Source of the DNA: Chloroflexota bacterium
GTDB lineage: Bacteria; Chloroflexota; Anaerolineae; Promineifilales; Promineifilaceae
DNA length: 64,000 nt
Assembly (NCBI GenBank): GCA_041390905.1
Contig: JAWKPA010000012.1
Location: 63,216 to 127,215, forward strand
Reading direction: 5' to 3'
Part shown: positions 57,265 through 64,000 of the stretch, piece after piece
How positions within the stretch are numbered: the first letter of the stretch is position 1
Layout of the letters: the number at the start of each line of letters is the position of its first letter
The notes under the pieces: model-generated
Seen by the model: only the letters and a program-made list of their open reading frames with translations
Told to the model about the DNA's origin: nothing
The model's database searches: none
Position numbers and translations under genes: made by a program

Positions 57265-58020
57265 ATGTGTGCTATCAAGATTTTGTTGGTTGATGACGAT
57301 GAATTTACGCGCATGGGGCTATGCCTCTATCTGCAAGAACAGGGGTATGCAGTGGTTGAGGCTGGGGATGCGGCGGCGGCACGGGTATTGGTGGCAGCCC
57401 AGAAGCCAAGCGTTGCTATTATCGACATCGAAATTCCGGAGACGGAAATAAGTGCCAACGCTCGCCAAAACAGCGTGGGAGTAGAATTGGCCGTTTGGCT
57501 CAAGCAGCATTATCCAACGCTGGGTATCGTTTTGTTCTCAGCCTATGAAGATCGCGGGCAAGAACTGTTCAAACTGGTGCGTCAAGGCGTGCGTGGCATT
57601 GGTTATCAGCTAAAGGGAAGCCGTCCCGGCAAGCTATTACAGGCAGTACAGGGGGTTATGAAAGGTCATGTGGTGATTGATGCAGAGGTGACACAGTTGC
57701 GCCGTACAGCTATTGAACTACTGGATCGCCTCTCGCCAGCGGAAAGATTTTGGGTCGAACAGGCATTGTCTAGTTTACCACAGTTGTCCCCGCGTGAAAT
57801 GGAGGTGGCGCAGCAGGTGGCACTGGGACATATGGTCAAAGGAATTGCGGAACTGTTGTGCTTGTCGCCAAAAACGGCCGAAAATTATGTTGGCCGTATC
57901 TACCATAAACTTGGTCTGAGCCAAATGCACCTTGAACCTCCTCACTTACGTCAAGTAACCATTCTGGCGCAAGCCTTTCTTGTCTATGATCTGAGTTTGG
58001 CAAGGGAGGCTGAAGTCTAA
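57265..58020 (+). CDS. two-component response regulator, NarL/FixJ (LuxR-HTH) family
   Basis: Receiver domain ILLVDDDEF… and C-terminal LSPREMEVAQQVALGHMVKGIAELLCLSPKTAENYVGRIYHKLG. GGGAG upstream of the ATG. The stop overlaps the kinase start (TAATG). Confidence 0.85.
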   Translation: MCAIKILLVDDDEFTRMGLCLYLQEQGYAVVEAGDAAAARVLVAAQKPSVAIIDIEIPETEISANARQNSVGVELAVWLKQHYPTLGIVLFSAYEDRGQELFKLVRQGVRGIGYQLKGSRPGKLLQAVQGVMKGHVVIDAEVTQLRRTAIELLDRLSPAERFWVEQALSSLPQLSPREMEVAQQVALGHMVKGIAELLCLSPKTAENYVGRIYHKLGLSQMHLEPPHLRQVTILAQAFLVYDLSLAREAEV

Positions 58021-60431
58021 TGTATGGTAACCGTTGGTTTCAGGATTGGCTGGGCTGGCTGATCGTTTTGACGCTGGTGAGTGGGATCGTAACGGCCGTT
58101 AATTTCTACCACAGCATCGGCCAACCATTCGGCGGCTATTTAACCTTCTACAATCCAATCAGCAATCGCTGGCAAATCGACATCATTACCCCCACTTGGT
58201 GGACAGGCATCTCTGAGGCCAACCTGGCAACAAACAGCCGCTTACTGGAAATAGATGGGCGTGTCTATGACTACCAGATTGACGAACCCGCTTTATTTCG
58301 GGAAGTCTACACCCGCAATCCACCCACTGTTACCCTAAAGATAGAGCAAGAGGGGGAACTCATTGAAAAACAACTGCGCGTCCTTCCCTTTAGCTGGGTT
58401 CATTACCTCGACCTCATCGTTCCCCATGTAATCGGTGGCCTCACCTTTTGGCTACTCGCCCTAATTGTTTATCAGATACCGTCACCAGAGTTACTTAATC
58501 AGGTCTTTGTGGTCATGTGTTGCCTAGGAGCCATCAATCGCTGGTTAAGCCGCGTGGGCCTATTTGTCCATACTGATGTCGTGACGCACATCATTGATTT
58601 GGTTGGCTTATGGTCATTTTCATTTCTGGGCAGTTTGTTCATCCACTTTGCACTTTTGTTCCCAACACGCGCTCGATTTCATCACAAATATTTGCTTTAT
58701 TTTGTGTATGGAGTCGGTTTGATTGCCCTGATTGGCTATAGTGGTGGTCGCTTGGTAATCTGGCTAAATTTACCTATCGCTTGGGCAGGACAACTTGACA
58801 ATCTGGGCTTCCGAATCGCTTGGCCGTTGAGCATGATTGGGGTTGGTGCTATTGTTGTTCGCCTACTGGCTACTTCCATTGCCAATCCATCGCGGCGCTT
58901 GCGTCGGCAAGCACTCATCCTGCTCAGTGGCATCTCCTTAATTTTGCCTTATCTCATTGCTGTTTGGGCTATCTTCTTAGCCGGTGGTGAAGATGAGGCG
59001 CATACACTCTATTGGCGCGGGTTGGATTCGCGCTATCTTGTTGCTGCTGGGCCGGCTGCTGCTGCCTTGATCATTTTACGCTACCAAACTTTCCGTCGCG
59101 TGCCGCCTCTCTTTCTAATCGTCCCCGTCTTAGCTGTCAGTGCCATTGTCGCCAATGTTGGCTCTGTGATTTGGGCATGGTCACTGCCATTCTCGCCCAT
59201 TGCCTGGAAACTGCCGCCCTTTATTCCCGCCCTCGGCATGACCCTCATTGTCAGCCTTATTTGGGTTACACAAAGCTCATGGCGCGGCTTCTTTGGCCGC
59301 GTTTTGCATTGGCGACAACAGAACGATGATGCTGCCAAGCGATTTGGGCAGCATGTGACGAGCCAAGCCGATTTGTCGGCCATGCCAAAACGGATTGCGA
59401 CTGCTTTGGTCAGCGAGTTGCAGCTAGAAAGAACGGCCGTTTGGGTTTGGCAAGAAGCCACAGAGAGTTTCCAATTAGTTGGGCAGGCAGGGGAATCGGT
59501 GCCACCATTACCCGAACATTTGCCAGCAGCTGCAGTATCCCTGCAACAAGCGGTGCAATTTGGTGGGCAAGCGGTTACTTTACCCGATTGGTTAAGCCCG
59601 TTTCAGCAGCAGCCGGGACTTGCCATGCTGGTTCCGCTGTGGATAGCTAATCGTATGACGGGTCTATTAGGGTTGGGGAAGCGTTGGGATGAGGAAATTT
59701 TTGATGAGCGCGACCTTGATATCATTGATCTCATTGCCCAGCAATCAGCCCTCTTCCTACTGACAGCACAACAAGTTGAGCAACTGCGTCAGGTTCCCGG
59801 CCATATCGCTCTGGCTCAGGAAAGTGAGCGGCTGAAGTTGGCTCGGGAGCTACATGACACGGTGCAGCAGCTTTTGGGACGTTTGCCATTCTACCTGGAA
59901 GTTAGCCGCCAGACGATGTGGACAACACCAGGTAAAGCAGACCAATTGTTGGACAAAAGCATTCTTGATGTGGAGGAAGCGGCCAGGGCAGTGCGCCAGA
60001 TTCGCAACAACCTGGCTCCAAGCCAATTGGAATATGGATTGATGCAGCCCATGGTGGGCTTGTGTGAACAGTTTGAACGGCGCACAGGTATCCAAATCGT
60101 TTGGTATTTGCATCCATCTGTTGATCATGTTCTCTCGCTGGAAGCGCGTCATGCGCTTTATCGTGTCGTTCAACAGGCATTGGATAATATTGAGGAACAT
60201 GCTCAGGCAACGGCCGTTAATCTTACCTTGAACTACGAAAACAACAGGATAGCATTCTGCATCACAGATAACGGGCAAGGATCGTCTGCAGAACAGCGCA
60301 GCCAGAAACAGGGGCAAGGTGCTTTTGGGTTACGCTCAATGACAGCCCGCATCCAAACTTTGGGCGGACATTTTGAATTTTCTTCTGCGCTGGGGGAAGG
60401 GTCGTGCGTACAAGGCTGGATCCCAATATAA
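58020..60431 (+). CDS. sensor histidine kinase (multi-TM sensor, GAF-like region, HisKA_3 + HATPase_c; NarX-type)
   Basis: About 10 TM helices. H-box LARELHDTVQQLL. C-terminal ATPase (…GQGAFGLRSMTARIQTLGG…). Confidence 0.85.
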   Translation: MYGNRWFQDWLGWLIVLTLVSGIVTAVNFYHSIGQPFGGYLTFYNPISNRWQIDIITPTWWTGISEANLATNSRLLEIDGRVYDYQIDEPALFREVYTRNPPTVTLKIEQEGELIEKQLRVLPFSWVHYLDLIVPHVIGGLTFWLLALIVYQIPSPELLNQVFVVMCCLGAINRWLSRVGLFVHTDVVTHIIDLVGLWSFSFLGSLFIHFALLFPTRARFHHKYLLYFVYGVGLIALIGYSGGRLVIWLNLPIAWAGQLDNLGFRIAWPLSMIGVGAIVVRLLATSIANPSRRLRRQALILLSGISLILPYLIAVWAIFLAGGEDEAHTLYWRGLDSRYLVAAGPAAAALIILRYQTFRRVPPLFLIVPVLAVSAIVANVGSVIWAWSLPFSPIAWKLPPFIPALGMTLIVSLIWVTQSSWRGFFGRVLHWRQQNDDAAKRFGQHVTSQADLSAMPKRIATALVSELQLERTAVWVWQEATESFQLVGQAGESVPPLPEHLPAAAVSLQQAVQFGGQAVTLPDWLSPFQQQPGLAMLVPLWIANRMTGLLGLGKRWDEEIFDERDLDIIDLIAQQSALFLLTAQQVEQLRQVPGHIALAQESERLKLARELHDTVQQLLGRLPFYLEVSRQTMWTTPGKADQLLDKSILDVEEAARAVRQIRNNLAPSQLEYGLMQPMVGLCEQFERRTGIQIVWYLHPSVDHVLSLEARHALYRVVQQALDNIEEHAQATAVNLTLNYENNRIAFCITDNGQGSSAEQRSQKQGQGAFGLRSMTARIQTLGGHFEFSSALGEGSCVQGWIPI

Positions 60432-60477
60432 TCATCGAGAGTAGAAGTAAGATTAGCATGGACAAAACGCCTAAATA

Positions 60478-61629
60478 ATGATTACCCTAATTGCCACAGC
60501 CAAATTTGGGCTGGAAAAAATGGTGCGGCTGGAAGTGGCGGCACTGGGTTTTGACAACATTGCCGTGTCGCCGGGGCGCATTGAGTTTGCGGCGACGCTG
60601 GCCGATATTCCCCGGCTTAACCTGTGGCTGCGCTGTGCCGACCGGCTGCTGCTGAAGGTGGCGGAATTCCCGGCGACGACGTTTGATGATCTGTTTGAGC
60701 AGTGCAAGGCCATTGAATGGGAGCGGTGGATTGGGGAAAACGGCCGTTTTCCCGTCGCCGCCCACAGCGTCAAATCCACCCTCATGAGCGAACGAAGCTG
60801 TCAATCCATTGTCAAAAAGGCGGTCGTGGATCGGTTGAGTGCGGCGTATGGGGTGGCATGGCTGGCGGAAACGGGCGCCGAATACGCCATTCACCTGTCG
60901 CTGCACAAGGACGTGGCTCTGCTGACGCTCGATACCTCCGGCGCGGGGCTGCACAAGCGGGGGTACCGCGAGGAAGCGGGGGAAGCACCGCTGAAGGAGA
61001 CGCTGGCGGCGGCGCTGGTGAAGTTGAGCTATTGGCGACCCGATAGGCTCTTGATTGACCCCATGTGTGGCTCTGGCACCATCCTCATCGAAGCGGCACT
61101 GATGGCGCGGAATATAGCTCCGGGGTTAAAACGGCCGTTTGCTGCCGAGCAGTGGCCCATCATCCCCGCTGCCGCTTGGGCAGGAGCCAGGCACGAAGCC
61201 GAAGCCGCCATTCGCCACGACATGGCACTGCAACTTTATGGCTACGATAGTAACCCCGCTGCCATTGCCATTGCCAAAAGCAATGCTGCCAAGGCAGGGG
61301 TAGGCGACGACATTGTGTTTGCCGTCAAAGACGTGCGGGAACTGTGGATTGACCAGCAGCACGGCATCGTCATCACCAATCCACCCTACGGCATGAGGAT
61401 GGCCGAATATCAGACGCTCAACCAAATCTACATCGCCCTCAACAAAATGTTCCGCAAAAAGCAGGGCTGGTCAGTCTATGTCCTCACTGCCGACCACAAA
61501 TTCCCCGACTACTTCAAACGCGCCCGCCCCGACCGCGTTCGCAAGCTCTACAACGGCACGATTGAGGCCAATTACTATCAATATTATGGGGAAAAGCCGC
61601 CGGGGGGGAAAGAGAATTATGAATTATGA
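60478..61629 (+). CDS. THUMP-domain class I SAM-dependent RNA methyltransferase (RlmL/YpsC-like, COG0116)
   Basis: N-terminal THUMP region. DPMCGSGTILIEAA. ITNPPYG catalytic motif. Confidence 0.8.
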   Translation: MITLIATAKFGLEKMVRLEVAALGFDNIAVSPGRIEFAATLADIPRLNLWLRCADRLLLKVAEFPATTFDDLFEQCKAIEWERWIGENGRFPVAAHSVKSTLMSERSCQSIVKKAVVDRLSAAYGVAWLAETGAEYAIHLSLHKDVALLTLDTSGAGLHKRGYREEAGEAPLKETLAAALVKLSYWRPDRLLIDPMCGSGTILIEAALMARNIAPGLKRPFAAEQWPIIPAAAWAGARHEAEAAIRHDMALQLYGYDSNPAAIAIAKSNAAKAGVGDDIVFAVKDVRELWIDQQHGIVITNPPYGMRMAEYQTLNQIYIALNKMFRKKQGWSVYVLTADHKFPDYFKRARPDRVRKLYNGTIEANYYQYYGEKPPGGKENYEL

Positions 61630-61672
61630 ATTATGAATTATGAATGGTTCATAATTCATAATTCATAATTGC
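61612..61672. repeat. heptamer-tandem hairpin element (GAATTAT / ATAATTC type) between convergent genes
   Basis: gaattatgaattatgaattatgaatggttcataattcataattcataattgc. Confidence 0.8.
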
Positions 61673-61681
61673 TAAGGGAAT

Positions 61682-62164
61682 CTATACCCCCTCCACCAAA
61701 ATCCGCGTAATCTGCTCCAAATGGTCGTTGTCGTGATGCCCCACCTGAATGGCGGCATCGGTCACGTCAAAGCTGTCGCGTTCGGGGTGAACGCCGGTTC
61801 GCGCCCACTGCGCCGCGTCCAGCGATTTGAACAAGGCCACAAACCGCTCCCGCGAGGCGACCAAATCGGCATACGCCCGGTGTAAATCTTGCTCGTTGTA
61901 GCGCAGGTCAATGGCAATTTGCTCGTGGTCGTAGGCGGGTAGCATGGGGTGGTCTTGTTCCAGCATCATCATGACGCGGTGGTAAAAAAAGCCGTCGAAG
62001 TCACGCAAATGGCAAACAACTTCAAGGATTGTCCAGCCGTTGGGGCCATCACGCCGGGAAACGGCCGTTTCTGGCGACACCAACTGCAAAATATGCCCCA
62101 ACGTCTTTACACTGTTCTGCATCAGCCGCACGTGACGCTTCTGCAACATTTCAATCGGTTCCAT
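61682..62164 (-). CDS. DinB/YfiT-like (DinB_2) family protein
   Basis: 160 aa. His-rich motifs (HLRDFDGFFYHRV … HHDNDHLEQI) are typical of the DinB_2 four-helix-bundle metal-binding family. Confidence 0.6.
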   Translation of the reverse strand: MEPIEMLQKRHVRLMQNSVKTLGHILQLVSPETAVSRRDGPNGWTILEVVCHLRDFDGFFYHRVMMMLEQDHPMLPAYDHEQIAIDLRYNEQDLHRAYADLVASRERFVALFKSLDAAQWARTGVHPERDSFDVTDAAIQVGHHDNDHLEQITRILVEGV

Positions 62165-62186
62165 AATGGTTTATTCTCTCCTTTTC

Positions 62187-62876
62187 TCAACCAGCAGCGT
62201 GAGACAGCACCCGCTCCGGGTAATTCGTAAACACCCCATCCACCCCCCAGCCACGCAGCCGGGCAATGTCGTCGGGTTCGTTGACGGTGTAGGGCAGCAC
62301 CAGCAGGCCGTGGGCGTGGGCTTCCCGGACAAACAGCTCCGTTAACCCCTCATACCAGGGATTAACCGACGCGGCTTGTAGCCGCTGCGCCGTTGGAATG
62401 CCCACCTCCATGTTGTCCCACAGCAGCACCCCCAGCGGCACCTCGGTGTGGTGCTGGCGGGCAATGGCAAGCTCGTCGTGGCGGAAGGAGGAGAGGAGAA
62501 TTTGGCGCAGATCCCAGCCGGCCGCGAGATAGGGCTGCAGGAAGTTGAGGGTGGAAACGGCCGTTTCCGGCCCCTTCAACTCCACATTAATCCCCACCCG
62601 CCTGTCCACCAAATCAAACACCTCCCGCAGCAGCGGGATTTTTTCCCCTTTGCCCGCATCCAGCGAACGCAAATAGGCCAGCGATTGCGCCATCACCAGC
62701 CCCGTCCCGTTTGTCGTCCGGTCCAGCTCGTCGTCATGAATGACAACCAGCTCCCCCTCTACCGCATACACATCAATCTCAATCCAATCCACCCCCAATT
62801 CCAACGCCTTCGCCACCGAACGCAGCGTATTCTCCGGCTCATGTCCCATTGCTCCACGATGTCCAATGCACAACAT
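62187..62876 (-). CDS. glycerophosphodiester phosphodiesterase (GlpQ/UgpQ family)
   Basis: MLCIGHRGAMGHEPENTL … EIDVYAVEGELVVIHD (catalytic His/Glu motifs). Confidence 0.85.
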   Translation of the reverse strand: MLCIGHRGAMGHEPENTLRSVAKALELGVDWIEIDVYAVEGELVVIHDDELDRTTNGTGLVMAQSLAYLRSLDAGKGEKIPLLREVFDLVDRRVGINVELKGPETAVSTLNFLQPYLAAGWDLRQILLSSFRHDELAIARQHHTEVPLGVLLWDNMEVGIPTAQRLQAASVNPWYEGLTELFVREAHAHGLLVLPYTVNEPDDIARLRGWGVDGVFTNYPERVLSHAAG

Positions 62877-62882
62877 AATTCT

Positions 62883-62950
62883 TGGAAGTAATCAGTAATC
62901 GGTAATCAGTTGGGGTCACTGATTACCGATTACTGATTACCGATTACCCT
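62883..62950. repeat. heptamer-tandem hairpin element (CGGTAAT type)
   Basis: cagtaatcggtaatcagttggggtcactgattaccgattactgattaccgattacc. Confidence 0.75.
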
Positions 62951-64000
62951 GTATTTTTCAACCCCGACGCAATTCCGTTGATCGTCAGGAAAATGATGCG
63001 GAGCAGCGACTGCCCCTCTTCGCCCTGCCGCGCTTCCGGCGGCAACGACCGCAGCCGCGACAGCAGGCTGACCTGAATAAAGTTCAGCGGGTCAATGTAC
63101 GGGTTCCGCAGCCGCACCGACTGCTGCAGTACCGGGTCATTGTCCAGCAGTTCCTGCTGCACCGTCACCCGCAAAATCCATGCTTCCGTTTCGGCAAACG
63201 CCGCCTTGATGTGGCTGTACACCTGCTCCCGCACCTGCTCGTCCTCTACCAGTTCAGCATAGAGCCGGGCAATCCCCATGTCGGCCTTCACCAGCGACAC
63301 CTGGGCGTTATCAATGACGGTGCGGAAGAAAGGCCATTCGCGGTACATCTCTTGCAGCAGCACCCGCCGCGCCGGGGTGGAGCCAAACGCCGCCAGCGCA
63401 TGACCCACGCCATACCAGCCCGGCAGCACGTGGCGGCTTTGCATCCAGCTGAACCCCCAGGGAATGGCCCGCAGGCTGCCCAAAATATCGCCCCCCAGCC
63501 GCTTGGCCGGCCGTGACCCAATCCGCATCTGGCTGATTTCGTTTAGCGGCGTGGCTTGGCTCCAATATTCCAGCAGTTCCGGCGTTTCGTAAATGAAGCG
63601 ACGGTATGCCTGGTACGATGTGGCCGCCATTTCGGCCATCGCCTCGCGCCACGCCGGTTTGGGCTGGGGAAGCTGGCTTTTGTCGGGCGGCATACTTGCC
63701 AGCAGCACAGCGTGGATCACCTGCTCCAAATGGCGTTGGGCAATGGCTGGATGGCCGTACCGTTCGCCAATCACCTCCCCCTGTTCGGTAATCCGCACGC
63801 GGCCGCCGACGGAGCCGGGGGGCTGGGCCAAAATGGCGCGATTGGCCGGGCCACCCCCCCGCGCAATGGTGCCGCCGCGCCCGTGGAAAAGCATCATCAC
63901 CACGTCGTTGGCGCGGCAGCATTCGGCCAGCCGCTCCTGCGCCTCATACAGCTCCCAGTTGGCGGCCAGATAGCCCGCGTCTTTGTTGCTGTCGGAGTAG
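62944..64000 (-). CDS. ppc: phosphoenolpyruvate carboxylase, C-terminal part (5' end lies beyond the window)
   Basis: …YSDSNKDAGYLAANWELYEAQ…; MLFHGRGGTIARGGGP (conserved PEPC motif); terminal …LKNTG. The reading frame is open to the window edge. Confidence 0.85.
   Translation of the reverse strand, partial: YSDSNKDAGYLAANWELYEAQERLAECCRANDVVMMLFHGRGGTIARGGGPANRAILAQPPGSVGGRVRITEQGEVIGERYGHPAIAQRHLEQVIHAVLLASMPPDKSQLPQPKPAWREAMAEMAATSYQAYRRFIYETPELLEYWSQATPLNEISQMRIGSRPAKRLGGDILGSLRAIPWGFSWMQSRHVLPGWYGVGHALAAFGSTPARRVLLQEMYREWPFFRTVIDNAQVSLVKADMGIARLYAELVEDEQVREQVYSHIKAAFAETEAWILRVTVQQELLDNDPVLQQSVRLRNPYIDPLNFIQVSLLSRLRSLPPEARQGEEGQSLLRIIFLTINGIASGLKNTG

Noticed and set aside
8250-62950. Heptamer arrays considered as possible CRISPR arrays
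   Set aside because: Repeat units are 7 nt (not 24-48 nt), tandem without spacers, and paired with their reverse complement. No cas genes nearby.
63311-63922. 203-aa minus ORF in an alternative frame
   Set aside because: Overlaps the PEP carboxylase reading frame, which carries the conserved FHGRGG…GGGP and YSDSNKDAG motifs.

Overview
This is a GC-rich (about 60%) bacterial chromosomal segment of roughly 60 genes. Most are housekeeping or metabolic. They include a tandem-Nudix hydrolase, a divergent TetR/cytochrome P450 pair, an amidase, a GNAT acetyltransferase, an ABC-F ATPase, a site-2 protease, malate dehydrogenase, a TrmH methyltransferase, a MoeA-PBP fusion, FabH, an M20 peptidase, DDAH, an SPFH/flotillin cluster, a DmpA peptidase, an HD-GYP protein, Asp racemase, a CoA-transferase, a GT39 glycosyltransferase, a B12/radical-SAM protein, an SDR, dienelactone hydrolase, an aldo/keto reductase, a Fbp-type iron(III) ABC importer, a THUMP methyltransferase, DinB, GDPD, and the 3' part of PEP carboxylase.

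Visibly lower-GC accessory insertions interrupt this backbone. One carries a two-gene AAA_21-type ATPase + HNH nuclease module that looks like a Septu (PtuA/PtuB) anti-phage system. Another carries a HigB/HigA toxin-antitoxin pair. Another carries a giant secreted M23-peptidase/FN3/Kelch protein, an LVIVD-repeat protein and a LuxR-type two-component system. A fourth is a short island of small membrane proteins downstream of the P450.

Three genome-architectural features stand out and are not explained by gene content. First, a 10-bp palindrome AACGGCCGTT is enormously over-represented, with roughly 80-90 copies by eye, mostly inside CDS in all frames. It behaves like a cyanobacterial-HIP1-type highly iterated palindrome and is depleted in the low-GC islands. 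Second, a family of about 20 hairpin elements is built from tandem heptamers followed by the reverse-complement heptamer array (GGAGATT, CGGTAAT, GAATTAT, GACGGAC, GCGGACA, GGGTGTG and others). Most sit at gene ends, some between divergent genes. Third, two of these hairpin elements lie inside long ORFs without breaking the frame (a roughly 32-aa insert in a MoeA loop; about 55 aa in a GT39 ORF), like Rickettsia palindromic elements.

Further observations are a nested IR element (copies at about 345-470 and 21815-22018), paired 15-bp palindromes upstream of two SPFH-family genes, and a candidate sRNA with a consensus sigma70 promoter and a HIP-built terminator. No rRNA, tRNA or CRISPR array was recognised by eye.
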